Shown here piece by piece: positions 1 to 10,413 of a stretch of DNA of 64,000 bases. The stretch is from assembly GCF_002753895.1 (NCBI RefSeq), contig NZ_NJER01000001.1, positions 1,114,910 to 1,178,909 of the forward strand. Direction: 5' to 3'. The stretch's first letter is position 1. Every line of letters begins with the position of its first letter. The stretch is from Halobacteriovorax sp. JY17. GTDB lineage: Bacteria; Bdellovibrionota; Bacteriovoracia; Bacteriovoracales; Bacteriovoracaceae. The notes under the pieces were generated by a model that had not been told where the DNA came from, searched no databases, and worked only from the letters and a program-made list of their open reading frames with translations. The position numbers were made by a program, and so were the translations under genes.

Positions 1-2
1 AG

Positions 3-3000
3 TATGCAAGCGGAACTCTAAATACATACGGAAGTGAATATAGCTCAGGAGCAACAGTTGTTGGATATGCAACAAAACCTAAGAGTGGTGTAGGAGGCTT
101 TCTATCTTCATCCTCTACTGCAGGCCTAAATAGAGGCGCAATGATTCTAGATCATGAATTTGAATTTTTAAATGCATCAGCACAAACTGCAACAATAAAT
201 ACAGATATAGCTCTAACAAGTAGATTGAAAATTAGTCAAACTGGAAATGTAGGTATTGGTGTTGCTGACCCCGATGCAAAGTTAGAGATTAATGGACAAA
301 TAAAAATAACTGGCGGAGGAATTGGCGCTGGAAAAGTTTTAACTTCAGATGCCGATGGACTTGCCTCATGGACAACACCAACTTCAGGAACGGTTGCCTC
401 TGTTTCAGCAAATGCACCTCTATCAGTAACTAGCCCTACGACATCCCCTGATATTTCTATATCACAAGCAAATACAACTACCGACGGTTACTTAAGTTCA
501 ACTGATTGGAATACATTTAATAATAAGCAAGCTGCTCTTCCTACAGGTGGAACGACGGCGCAATATCTTCGTGGGGACTTAACTCTCTCAACTTTTTTAA
601 ATGATGTTCTAGCAAGTGTTCTCACTGGTTATACAGTTGGTGCTGACACTCCCCTCGCCGCAACTGATTCAATAGTTTCTGCCTTTGGAAAAGTTCAGGG
701 ACAAATTAATGCTAATAATACTTCTATCTCAGCAAACACTACGTCGATAGGAACGAACGCAACTGATATCGCAACGAATGCAGCGGCGATCACTGCTAAT
801 ACTACAAATATTTCTTCTAATGATACGGACATTGCCGCCAATACAGCGGCCATAAGCTCAAACGATACAGACATAGCTCAAAATGCAACCGATATTGCTG
901 CGATCAATGAATCTCAATGGACAACTACAGGTTCAGATATTTACTACAATACAGGAGATGTTGCTATTGGGACAACAACACCTGCTGCAAAGTTAGATGT
1001 AAGAGGTACACTCGGCTTAAATAATGGTACCTATATATGGAACAAGAAAGTGGGACTAGGTCACGCTGATGCGAGCTCTGGGAAAAGAGTTCTCCTAACC
1101 CTTCCAACATCAACACATACGGCAGAGGTTACGATTAGATCAGCAAGAACAACAAATGATATTACATCAAATATTCTTGCGAAATTTAACACTGTTCTTA
1201 CTCAAGAAAATACTGTTTTTAGAGTTCTGTCCGCTGAAGTCTCTGGAACGCTTGCCACTTACCAATGGTATTTTGATAGCTCTACAGGGACTCCCTATTT
1301 AAGAATTGGGCAAGGTGGAAATACATTTACATATACAATTACAGTTAAAACAAATATATCAAACGAACCTACTGCAGAACTAGATGATGGGACAGCCCCC
1401 GTATTTCCTACAGTTGAGCCTCAATATGCGTTTAGATCTACACAAGACTCTGATCTTAAAATACAGACAGCAGGTAGCGATAGAATGGCAATAGACAATA
1501 CTGGAAACGTTGGTATTGGAACAATTACACCTACTGCAAAATTAGATATTCATGATGGTTTTAATCAAATAACGAGAACGGAGAATGACTCCACTTCAAG
1601 AGGACACTTAGTTCTAAGAAGAGGCGATGGCACAGGAGCAACAGCTTCTATTAATTCTGAAAACTCAGGAGCTAATGATGTGAGCGCAATAAGCTTTCAC
1701 ATAAATTCCGCCGAAAGAATGAGAATTACAAATGCAGGAGCAGTTGTGGCCACTTCATTTCAAGGTGATGGTTCAAGTTTAACTGGCATTACTGCAGATA
1801 GCTCTAGCAACAATGTAAATGCAGTTATAAATGCCGATGCTGATTCAAATTCTTCCGGAGATATTCTCTTTCAAACAGGTGGAACAACTAGAGCGAGTAT
1901 TTCAAACTCAGGGGATATGTCTCTTGGAAGCTCTATTGATTCTGGTGCCGGAGCGAATGTTTTTAGTGTTGGATCAACGACGGAAGATAGTGTCGTAGCT
2001 CTTGGAGAAGACACAAATAATAAAGCGGATATGAAATGGAATAGTTTTACCAACTACCTATCTTTTGGAACAAAGAATGCTGGTACAAGCTACATCGATA
2101 CTCTTGTTGTTAAGGACGGAAATGTTGGAATTGGTACAGCGGCTCCAGAAACGACATTAGATGTGGCAGGAAATATTTTAATTGGGGAAAAGCCAAATTC
2201 GGGTACTCAAAAAACAAGTATAATAGCAGCTCAGCAATCAGACAATGGAGTATCAGAGGGGAATAGTGTTCCAGGTAATAACTTAGAGTTTAGGGCCGGA
2301 ATAGGTACTGGCTCTGCCGCTAATGGGGATATTAGTTTTACAACTGAACATGTAACAACTGTTTTTGGAAATGGTATAGCTCACGGTGCTGGAAGCAAGA
2401 AAATGATTATAAAGTCTTCAGGTAATGTTGGTATTGGAACAGAAAGCCCTTCACAAAAACTTCATGTGAATGGAAGCATTAAGAGTAATGGCGCCGTATA
2501 TAGTAATAAGTACTACGACAAGCCATTACAAATCCCCGATGGTTGGGTAATCGGTGACTACTGGGAAGTCGTCCAAGTAGCCCCCGAAGCATCAGGAGCT
2601 TCAGGTCAATGGAAAGTTCATCTATCAGGGACAAGAGGAAACTGGACAGAAGGTAGTACTTACAAAGTTTCCTCCACTCATGCTAGCTCATCAGTATGGA
2701 GAGAAGCTGCACAAGAATCAGAAACAACTTATACTAATATCACTAAATGTTTTACCGTCGATGTTAATCCAAATGCAAACAGTCCTAAGTTTAGAGTTAG
2801 AGCAATCAAAGCCAGTGCCAGCTGTGGTATCAGTGCAGTAATGCAGATGAAATTAAGCATTAATTCAGAGGGACATAATGCCTCATGGACAGAATTAACT
2901 GCAACAGGAAATGATACGACAGTATCCTCGTATCAATCAATGGGTAATGATTGGAATCTGTACACAGGTTCGCCTCGTAATGATAGTTACTTGGCAATTA

Positions 3001-3545
3001 GAGCAACCTCAAACGGAAGAGTCGGAATTGGAACTGCGGCGCCAAGTGAGCAACTAGAAGTTAACGGGAACGTTAAGGCAGCGGCTTACCTTTACACTTC
3101 TGATAGAAGATTTAAAAAGAATATTGCAACAGTTACAGATCCTCTTGAGAAAGTGCTCTCTCTTCGTGGTGTATTCTTTGACTGGAGAACAAATGAATTT
3201 GATCAATTTAATTTACCAGAAGGTAAAGAGTATGGATTTATCGCACAGGAAGTTGAAGAGGTCGCTCCAGAGTTAGTTAACACTGGAGAAAATGGATATA
3301 AGTCTGTTAAGTATGGAAATATCACTTCCCTACTTGTTGAGGCATTCAAGTCACTAGAGAAGAAAATATCTTCTTACTTTGAAAGTAATGATAAAGAAGT
3401 GAGAGAATTAAACAGAAAAATTGCTTCTCTAGAAGAAGAAAATAAAGAGCTTAAACAAAGCTCTGCTAATAATCAAAAACGCATTGAAAAAATGGAAGAA
3501 GACCTTCAAAATATTTTAAAACAAATGAATAAGAAGAAAGACTAA
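3..3545 (+). CDS. Trimeric phage-tail-like adhesive fibre with C-terminal Peptidase_S74 intramolecular chaperone (5'-truncated by window edge)
   Basis: Frame is open from base 3 (YASGTLNTYGSE...) into the 141..3545 ORF. It has repeated GNVGIGT motifs, an Asn-rich heptad coiled coil (IATNAAAITANTTNISSNDTDIAAN), the S74 signature YTSDRRFKKNI...LRGVFFDW...GFIAQEVEEVAPELV, and a terminal coiled coil. Confidence 0.85.
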   Translation, partial: YASGTLNTYGSEYSSGATVVGYATKPKSGVGGFLSSSSTAGLNRGAMILDHEFEFLNASAQTATINTDIALTSRLKISQTGNVGIGVADPDAKLEINGQIKITGGGIGAGKVLTSDADGLASWTTPTSGTVASVSANAPLSVTSPTTSPDISISQANTTTDGYLSSTDWNTFNNKQAALPTGGTTAQYLRGDLTLSTFLNDVLASVLTGYTVGADTPLAATDSIVSAFGKVQGQINANNTSISANTTSIGTNATDIATNAAAITANTTNISSNDTDIAANTAAISSNDTDIAQNATDIAAINESQWTTTGSDIYYNTGDVAIGTTTPAAKLDVRGTLGLNNGTYIWNKKVGLGHADASSGKRVLLTLPTSTHTAEVTIRSARTTNDITSNILAKFNTVLTQENTVFRVLSAEVSGTLATYQWYFDSSTGTPYLRIGQGGNTFTYTITVKTNISNEPTAELDDGTAPVFPTVEPQYAFRSTQDSDLKIQTAGSDRMAIDNTGNVGIGTITPTAKLDIHDGFNQITRTENDSTSRGHLVLRRGDGTGATASINSENSGANDVSAISFHINSAERMRITNAGAVVATSFQGDGSSLTGITADSSSNNVNAVINADADSNSSGDILFQTGGTTRASISNSGDMSLGSSIDSGAGANVFSVGSTTEDSVVALGEDTNNKADMKWNSFTNYLSFGTKNAGTSYIDTLVVKDGNVGIGTAAPETTLDVAGNILIGEKPNSGTQKTSIIAAQQSDNGVSEGNSVPGNNLEFRAGIGTGSAANGDISFTTEHVTTVFGNGIAHGAGSKKMIIKSSGNVGIGTESPSQKLHVNGSIKSNGAVYSNKYYDKPLQIPDGWVIGDYWEVVQVAPEASGASGQWKVHLSGTRGNWTEGSTYKVSSTHASSSVWREAAQESETTYTNITKCFTVDVNPNANSPKFRVRAIKASASCGISAVMQMKLSINSEGHNASWTELTATGNDTTVSSYQSMGNDWNLYTGSPRNDSYLAIRATSNGRVGIGTAAPSEQLEVNGNVKAAAYLYTSDRRFKKNIATVTDPLEKVLSLRGVFFDWRTNEFDQFNLPEGKEYGFIAQEVEEVAPELVNTGENGYKSVKYGNITSLLVEAFKSLEKKISSYFESNDKEVRELNRKIASLEEENKELKQSSANNQKRIEKMEEDLQNILKQMNKKKD

Positions 3546-3554
3546 GAAGGTCTA

Positions 3555-6500
3555 ATGAAAAACTATAACTTGATATTCACTCTCCTATTTACCTTCTCGC
3601 TAAACTCAAATGCAATCAATACTGTTGCAACAGGGTTTCAAGTTGCTCCTGACGAAATTAAAACTATTGTTGCTCATGGACTCTGTAAGAAAGTTTGGAA
3701 TACAAGCTCAACTGCTGAATTTATTGCAACGAAGACCTCCCCTGAATGGTTGAATTTCATCGCCAACCACCCAACAGAGTTAACAGTGAGATCTTGTCAG
3801 GCCAATTGTTCTAATCTTCAAAAAATGGGAATTACAACATCAGGAATTTATAATTTTGATTTTGATGATGCAGGCCCTATTGCCCCTTTAGATATTTACT
3901 GTGATATGACTAATGATGGTGGTGGTTGGACAAAAGTTTTTAAACACAATACAGCTGGCGGTTATTTTTCAAGTCTTACAGATGCTAAGAGCAAGAACGT
4001 TACTGCCCCCAATGGAAACCTCTACTCAATCCTAGATAAAATGGACGCTCTTAAAAGTGCCCATGGTCTAACCTTTAGATATAGAGATACAACAAATGGA
4101 AACCAAAATATTTGGTTTCAAAGAAGTAATCCAGTCTATGACACAAAAGTAATGGGCTATCGCCCGATTGAAATTGAGAATTCAAGTAATTACTGGGCGG
4201 GACTAGAGAATGGGAATAGGCTTTCAAATGGAAGAAATAATACCAACAAGTCCCTACTAGACGGATCTGTTGAGCATTCAAATTGGTGGTATAGTGTTGG
4301 AGCGACAGTTGCTCATAGTGGAAATATACCTGCCTTTAATTCAGTAAGTACTGATGAGGTTGAACTCTTTGTTCACACTGGCGGTTTAAAACCAATGAGC
4401 TGTTCTCATATTGTTGAACTTGGAGATCAAAAGGGAGATGGAATCTATACCATTTACCCTGATCAAGTGAATGCTTTAAATGTCTACTGTGATATGACGA
4501 CTCTAGACGGTGGCTGGACTCTCTTCTATGCCAATGCTGCTGATCCAGCAATGCCAGTAAAGAAATCATTTAAAGAATTTCGAGATGAAAATTACGGTCT
4601 GTCTGTTACGGCAGGAAACTATACTTCACCCAATACTGTCGGAATGTTAAACGCAAGAGACTTCCCTGCCACAACACAAGTAATGGCCAAAGATATTGGG
4701 AATTGGACTTCCGATATGTATGGAGTTCTCTCGTTTAATCATAATGGTATTTTTCAAGATTTCGTTCAAGAAAAGTTAGCAAACTCAGATGACTCTTGTA
4801 ACAACCTTCCGGGGGCGCAGAACTTCTTCTATGAAACAAGTAATGGAGCAGGCTTCTATTTTGATAAAGCTCACGACTATGGAGTAGGAAGCTTCGGCTG
4901 GTTTGACTGCTTTGCCTCTCCTCCTGCTCAAACTGCGTCTGCCACAGATGTCGAAGATTATACGAGGCACTTTATCTATAGCACAGGAGACTCTACTGAT
5001 ACGCAAAGAGTTCGTGGAGTTGCCGGATGGAACTCTGGTGATGCCAATGTAAAAGCTCGATACTTTATAAGAGATAAATTAGACAGGCCGCAAAGCTGTA
5101 TGGATATTCTCTTAAGTGGAGAATCTAAGGGCTCTGGGACTTATACTATTTATCCAAGAGGAAGTGCTATTACTGTCGAATGTGACATGACCACTCATGG
5201 AGGAGGATGGACTAAAGTCTGGCACGGTTACCCAACAGAGGCCTACGTAAATTCGACAGCAAATGAAAGCTATTCAAGATCAAATAAAATACCTTTCAAC
5301 GAAATGATGATGAAGGGGGAAAACACAGGTGAAACAGTTGTTGATCAAACTATGGAAACTGCTTATCTTGACGATACAATTGTCGGCTACTACCAGAGTG
5401 TTATCGCTCAAGCAGATGCAGCTTCTCCAACTGTGAGCTTCCATGACTTTGAGGGTAATCAAGATGTGAAACTTGTAGGCGGAAACTTCTTAAGAGGTTA
5501 CGGAAATATTTGGCGCTACTTTTGGACATGTATTAACGTAAGCTCATCATCAAATATCTATACAGGTGGAGGCTATGCACCCGGCTGTAAATCACGAGCT
5601 ACCTTCAACACCGCTTCTATTAGTACATGTGTGAGCACGAATAACGATTATTGCTCCAATGCCTTTGATAGCACTGAGATCGATAGTGGACTAGGTCTTA
5701 CTCTTAAACAATACCAAGAAACTTCAACATGGGTAAGATCTCTTCCTTCCATGACTTCATGCCGAGACATTCTCGATCAAAACTACTCTCACGGCAGTGA
5801 TGTCTACCTTATTGATCCAGATGGACCAGAAGGAAGTAATCCTCCATTTAAAACTTACTGCGATATGGAAACTGATGGCGGAGGCTGGACACTCACCTGG
5901 TCAAATACGCGGGAAGGAACAAACAAACCAGTCACAAACTTATCTTATTCTGACGCTGTCAACACACTTCCAAGGTGCTCTAGACCGGCCTCATCAAATG
6001 CATTAGACTCTTCGGGAAATTGCTCTTACATCTCTCTCTCAACTATGCCTTATAGTGATTCTAAGTATGTTAATTACTTCTTAGGACTCAAGCACTGGGA
6101 TAATATAGCTCAAGACGATGATTTTGAACTCATGTATCAATGGGAATACGCCTATAACGTGGGTATTACAAATTCTTATAAAGCAGACATTACAAACTTT
6201 AACCCTGCAGATAATTATCGACTCACAATGCATAATTATCAAACACTTCTTGGAGGAGTAATCTCTCCCCACAGCACTACTCACAATGGAGAGCAGCTTA
6301 CAACAATGGACGCCGACAATGATAATCATGCAAGCAACTGTGCGACGCTCTATTCAAATACTCCTTTTTGGTATGATGCTTGCTGGTCTGGAAATATTAA
6401 TGGAGGAGGAGAAGGTAGTGATAATAGTACTTTTCACTACAACGGAGCCTACTACACTGGCTCGGCAACACAATGGGGAACAACGAGTAATGGACAAGGA

Positions 6501-7136
6501 GCCGGAAACGGATGGTTCTTCATCAGAGAAAAGAAAAGTAAGAACTTTCCTAAAAATTGCCAAGATATTTTAGAAAGAAATCCTGACGCAACTTCAGGAG
6601 TCTACTCGATTGATATTTCACCTGGCTCACCTGATACTAGACAAATGGTTTACTGTGACATGGAAAATGACGGAGGGGGATGGACCCTACTCTTTAGCCA
6701 TAATATTAGTGGAGGGTACTGGACAGATGCAACCCAAGCGAATGCTCTTGGAAATCTAAACCCCAATCCTAATCTTGCAAAGTATTCCCTACTCAATCAC
6801 ATAAAGTACTTGCGCTCAGATGGTAAATTTACTTTTAAAATGGAGTGGCCAGGAAATGCGAATGTTAATATTTGGTCACAGACAACCGATCCTTCAATAG
6901 ATCAGCCCGTAGCTGGTTATCAAGCAATAAGTGTAGATTCGACAGGCTCCTATTGGGGAGGTCTTGAGAGAAATTGTACAGCAGGTTGTACTTCTTCCTT
7001 TGCAGATGGCTCAGTGGGCGCCTCATCAGGCTCCACTTGGTGGTATGCGATTGGTTCTTATGCTGATTATGGTGGAGGCTCAATGCCAGGGCCAAGTATG
7101 ACCCCAGTCCCTCACGTTCTACTTTGGATTAAGTAG
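3555..7136 (+). CDS. Secreted protein with five tandem fibrinogen-related (FReD-like) modules; putative lectin/adhesin
   Basis: Signal peptide. Five SC..I...SG.Y...(Y/E)CDM..(D/H)GGGW modules near 3897, 4485, 5178, 5856 and 6651. Module 4 carries the fibrinogen-C-like HNG...TMDADND...NCA...WYDACWSGNING motif. Confidence 0.8.
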   Translation: MKNYNLIFTLLFTFSLNSNAINTVATGFQVAPDEIKTIVAHGLCKKVWNTSSTAEFIATKTSPEWLNFIANHPTELTVRSCQANCSNLQKMGITTSGIYNFDFDDAGPIAPLDIYCDMTNDGGGWTKVFKHNTAGGYFSSLTDAKSKNVTAPNGNLYSILDKMDALKSAHGLTFRYRDTTNGNQNIWFQRSNPVYDTKVMGYRPIEIENSSNYWAGLENGNRLSNGRNNTNKSLLDGSVEHSNWWYSVGATVAHSGNIPAFNSVSTDEVELFVHTGGLKPMSCSHIVELGDQKGDGIYTIYPDQVNALNVYCDMTTLDGGWTLFYANAADPAMPVKKSFKEFRDENYGLSVTAGNYTSPNTVGMLNARDFPATTQVMAKDIGNWTSDMYGVLSFNHNGIFQDFVQEKLANSDDSCNNLPGAQNFFYETSNGAGFYFDKAHDYGVGSFGWFDCFASPPAQTASATDVEDYTRHFIYSTGDSTDTQRVRGVAGWNSGDANVKARYFIRDKLDRPQSCMDILLSGESKGSGTYTIYPRGSAITVECDMTTHGGGWTKVWHGYPTEAYVNSTANESYSRSNKIPFNEMMMKGENTGETVVDQTMETAYLDDTIVGYYQSVIAQADAASPTVSFHDFEGNQDVKLVGGNFLRGYGNIWRYFWTCINVSSSSNIYTGGGYAPGCKSRATFNTASISTCVSTNNDYCSNAFDSTEIDSGLGLTLKQYQETSTWVRSLPSMTSCRDILDQNYSHGSDVYLIDPDGPEGSNPPFKTYCDMETDGGGWTLTWSNTREGTNKPVTNLSYSDAVNTLPRCSRPASSNALDSSGNCSYISLSTMPYSDSKYVNYFLGLKHWDNIAQDDDFELMYQWEYAYNVGITNSYKADITNFNPADNYRLTMHNYQTLLGGVISPHSTTHNGEQLTTMDADNDNHASNCATLYSNTPFWYDACWSGNINGGGEGSDNSTFHYNGAYYTGSATQWGTTSNGQGAGNGWFFIREKKSKNFPKNCQDILERNPDATSGVYSIDISPGSPDTRQMVYCDMENDGGGWTLLFSHNISGGYWTDATQANALGNLNPNPNLAKYSLLNHIKYLRSDGKFTFKMEWPGNANVNIWSQTTDPSIDQPVAGYQAISVDSTGSYWGGLERNCTAGCTSSFADGSVGASSGSTWWYAIGSYADYGGGSMPGPSMTPVPHVLLWIK

Positions 7137-7149
7137 TAGCTACTATCTT

Positions 7150-8589
7150 TTAAGAGAAGAAGCCTCCACCCCATTTTCCACCTTTCTTACGAGGCTTCTT
7201 TTGTTTTTGACCAGGCATTCCAGGTAGTCCGGGCATTCCCCCGCCAGGCATTCCAGGCATCCCCGGCATTCCTCCACCTTTCATCATCTGCATCATTCCT
7301 CCCATCATCTTTTCCATTTGACGGAATTTTTGAAAGAAGTCTTTTACCTGAGCATCAGTTGTTCCCGACCCTCCAGCAATTCTCTTCATGCGAGACTCTT
7401 TAACGATCTTATAGTCTTGTCTTTCTTTCTTAGTCATTGAATTGATGATGACACGCATGCGTTTCATCTCATCTTCTGCCGGAGAGAGATCTCCAACTTG
7501 TCTAAGCATTCCTCCCATACCTGGAATCATTTTTAGGATTGATGACATAGAACCTAGGTTCTTCATCATATCCATTTGCTTCATGAAATCATCGACAGTG
7601 AATTTACCTTTTTCAAGGTTCTTCATCATATTCTCTGCGTCTTTCTCATCAATGGCATCTTGCGCTTTTTCAACAAGAGAAACCACATCTCCCATATCGA
7701 GAATTCTTCCAGCAAGCCTATCAGGATGAAAGAGTTCAAGATCTTTCATTTTTTCGCCAGTAGAGATATATTTAATTGGAACACCTGTTACGTGTCTAAT
7801 TGAAAGGGCTGCACCACCTCTGGCATCTGAATCCATCTTCGAGAGAACTACACCAGTGAGGTTCACTGCCTCATGGAAGACTTTTGCAACATTTACTGCT
7901 TCCTGCCCCGTCATCGCGTCTGCAACCATGAGAACTTCAGGTTTAAAAACCTCTAAGGACTCTCTCACCTCTTTAATTTGTCCCATCAACTCATCGTCAA
8001 CATGAAGACGGCCGGCGGTATCGACAATGACTACGTCGTAAGAATTTTCTTTTGCAAAGGCCATGGCCTTTTCAGCAATGATCTTAGGATGTGTTGAAAG
8101 ATCAGAGTCAAACCAGTCCATCTCCATGCTCTTAGCAAGAGTTATCAACTGATCCTTTGCTGCAGGTCTAAATGTATCCGCAGGGACAAGGAGAACTTTC
8201 TTATTCTTTTTCTTAGTTAAATGTAGGGATAACTTTCCAGAGAAAGTCGTCTTTCCTTGACCGTTAAGCCCAACGACTAGAATAGGAACAATTCCATCGC
8301 GCTCAAGATCTACTTCTTCATTAGCCGTTCCCATAATGAGAGCGAGTTCATCGTTTACAATTTTTATAAATTGCTCTTCTGGATTGACTCCAGAGATAAC
8401 TTTTTCGCCGAGAGACTTCTCTTTAACAGCGGCAATGAATTGCTTCACAACTTTGAAATTTACATCGGCTTCAAGAAGGGCCGTTCGCACTTGCTTAAGG
8501 GCATCTTCAATATTGCTTTCAGAAATTTTCCCCTTACCTTGAAGGTTCTTAAAAGCATCTGCAAATTTTTCACTTAAATTATCAAACAT
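7150..8589 (-). CDS. ffh: Signal recognition particle protein Ffh/SRP54
   Basis: MFDNLSEKF N-domain, ALLEADVN, GLNGQGKTT, DTAGR, SKMDSDARGGAALS, Met-rich M domain. ATG at 8589 follows an AGAGGA RBS. Confidence 0.97.
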   Translation of the reverse strand: MFDNLSEKFADAFKNLQGKGKISESNIEDALKQVRTALLEADVNFKVVKQFIAAVKEKSLGEKVISGVNPEEQFIKIVNDELALIMGTANEEVDLERDGIVPILVVGLNGQGKTTFSGKLSLHLTKKKNKKVLLVPADTFRPAAKDQLITLAKSMEMDWFDSDLSTHPKIIAEKAMAFAKENSYDVVIVDTAGRLHVDDELMGQIKEVRESLEVFKPEVLMVADAMTGQEAVNVAKVFHEAVNLTGVVLSKMDSDARGGAALSIRHVTGVPIKYISTGEKMKDLELFHPDRLAGRILDMGDVVSLVEKAQDAIDEKDAENMMKNLEKGKFTVDDFMKQMDMMKNLGSMSSILKMIPGMGGMLRQVGDLSPAEDEMKRMRVIINSMTKKERQDYKIVKESRMKRIAGGSGTTDAQVKDFFQKFRQMEKMMGGMMQMMKGGGMPGMPGMPGGGMPGLPGMPGQKQKKPRKKGGKWGGGFFS

Positions 8590-8598
8590 CACTATCCT

Positions 8599-9267
8599 CT
8601 ATATTATTTCTCTTTCAATTATTTCTAAACAATCAATTGGAGTCTTCGCCTTAAAACTTGGACCAACTTCATCCAAATACTCTTCATTCACATGAGTACA
8701 CCAAAGTGCTGCGATTGACTGACACCCAAAGGATTTCGCACCTTGGATATCAGTTATACTATCCCCAATCATAATGACTTTACTCTTATCTACATTCTCT
8801 AGCATTTCCTCTAGTCCTTTAGGATGAGGTTTAGGAATGGTGTCGTCTAGGCATCTAAATTCGTAAAAGAATTTAGCCACATCAAGAGATTTCAAGATGG
8901 CCATTGTACTCATTCTGTCACGGGCAGTCCAAACATAGAGCCTATAGCCTGACTCACCAAGCTTAATCAGAAGCTCTCTCATACTATCAAATAAGACATA
9001 TTTAAGCTGATCTTGATTTGAAATCTCAATCCATCTCTTAAATAAGGCATCTCTAATTGTTTCATCTGAGATATTTAGTCCAAAGCGTAGGGCCAAGTCA
9101 TACATATCAGCCGTATATTTTTCAACCACTTCAGATCTCGGCACTTCTCGCTTTAAAACTTCTGACATTAGCTGCTGAATGCCTTTGATTATCCCCTCTT
9201 GACTAGAAATAAGTGTGCCATCGCAGTCAAAAACTATATGACCCTTAAATTCCTCAATATTAGGCAT
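8599..9267 (-). CDS. HAD-superfamily hydrolase (phosphoglycolate phosphatase-like)
   Basis: FDCDGTL motif I, KPHP, MIGDSITDIQGA motif IV. Start taken at MPNIEE (9267). Confidence 0.9.
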   Translation of the reverse strand: MPNIEEFKGHIVFDCDGTLISSQEGIIKGIQQLMSEVLKREVPRSEVVEKYTADMYDLALRFGLNISDETIRDALFKRWIEISNQDQLKYVLFDSMRELLIKLGESGYRLYVWTARDRMSTMAILKSLDVAKFFYEFRCLDDTIPKPHPKGLEEMLENVDKSKVIMIGDSITDIQGAKSFGCQSIAALWCTHVNEEYLDEVGPSFKAKTPIDCLEIIEREII

Positions 9268-9321
9268 AAAAAAACTCCAATACAGCTTCCCGAATCTGTA
9301 AGATTTTGCTAAAAACTCGCC

Positions 9322-10413
9322 ATGAATATTACACAAGTTACACCATTTTCAAAAGGTCTGCAGGAAAAAATCGATCTTCTCTCTAAAAGACGTGAAGCAA
9401 TACAACTTGGCAGCGTGTCATTCGCTTCACCTTTACTCCTAGCTCCTATGTCAAATATCTGCGCCTTTCCATTTAGACTACTAATGGAAGAGCTAGGTTG
9501 TGGTGGAACTGTTAGTGAGCTCATTTCTTGTCACGGCATTAATTATGGTAATGAAAAAACCATCAGAATGCTGAGCATTCACCCAGAAGAAAAGCATGTC
9601 GGAATTCAACTCTTTGGTGAGGATGCCGAGAGTATGGCAAAGGCCGCGAAGGTTGCTCTTGAGAGCCGTCCAAAATTCATCGATATCAATATGGGTTGTC
9701 CTGTAAGAAAGGTTGTGACTAAAGGTAGTGGCTCTGCTCTTTTAAAAGACACAAGCAAGCTTGGAAACTTCTTTGGAACAATAAAAAAAGCGATAGATAT
9801 TCCTCTCACTATTAAAATTAGAACTGGCTGGGACGATGATATGATCAACGCCAAAGAGGTCATTCATATAGCGAGAGAAGAAGGTGTTGAGTTTGTGGCC
9901 ATTCATGGGCGAACCAGGACTCAACAATATAAAGGTCAGGCCAACTGGGAACTTCTAGAAGAGATTGCTTCCGAGAGCCCTCTTCCTATTATTGGAAACG
10001 GCGATCTTCATAGCGCAAGCCTTGTAAAAAAGAGAATGGCAAAATCTGAATGCGACGCCTTTATGCTAGCGAGAGGGCCACTGCGAGATCCATTTATTTT
10101 CTTAGAAAGCTACATCAAAGATAACGAAGAGATTACTTTTACCCCTAGTGATTACTGGGAAATCACAAAGAGACTCTTTGAATATAATCAAATGTATACT
10201 GATAGAGAAAGGACTCTTCTCGTTATTATGAGAAAGCATATGGTCTGGTTTGCTGCAGGTTTGAGTAATGCAGCCAATTTTAGAAATATGATTTTCAAAT
10301 GCCCTGAACTTGATGACTCTATGAAAATTGCAGAGGACTACTTTCTCTCACTAGAGACAGCGAGAAAGCAGATAAACCCCGACGAAGCATTTATGACATC
10401 GGGGCATGGATAA
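9322..10413 (+). CDS. dusB: tRNA-dihydrouridine synthase (DusB-like)
   Basis: LAPM, QLFG, IDINMGCP, GSGSALL, KIRTGWD, IHGRTR, GNGD motifs. Confidence 0.92.
   Translation: MNITQVTPFSKGLQEKIDLLSKRREAIQLGSVSFASPLLLAPMSNICAFPFRLLMEELGCGGTVSELISCHGINYGNEKTIRMLSIHPEEKHVGIQLFGEDAESMAKAAKVALESRPKFIDINMGCPVRKVVTKGSGSALLKDTSKLGNFFGTIKKAIDIPLTIKIRTGWDDDMINAKEVIHIAREEGVEFVAIHGRTRTQQYKGQANWELLEEIASESPLPIIGNGDLHSASLVKKRMAKSECDAFMLARGPLRDPFIFLESYIKDNEEITFTPSDYWEITKRLFEYNQMYTDRERTLLVIMRKHMVWFAAGLSNAANFRNMIFKCPELDDSMKIAEDYFLSLETARKQINPDEAFMTSGHG

Noticed and set aside
690-910. Short DNA repeats that might be a CRISPR or tandem array
   Set aside because: They are imperfect, in-frame codon repeats of a coiled-coil heptad; no constant repeat/unique spacer pattern and no cas genes.
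3-3545. Prophage tail-fibre gene / prophage edge
   Set aside because: No integrase, capsid, terminase or other phage genes nearby. S74-chaperone fibres are established chromosomal adhesins in Bdellovibrionota, and the neighbour is an exported lectin-like gene.
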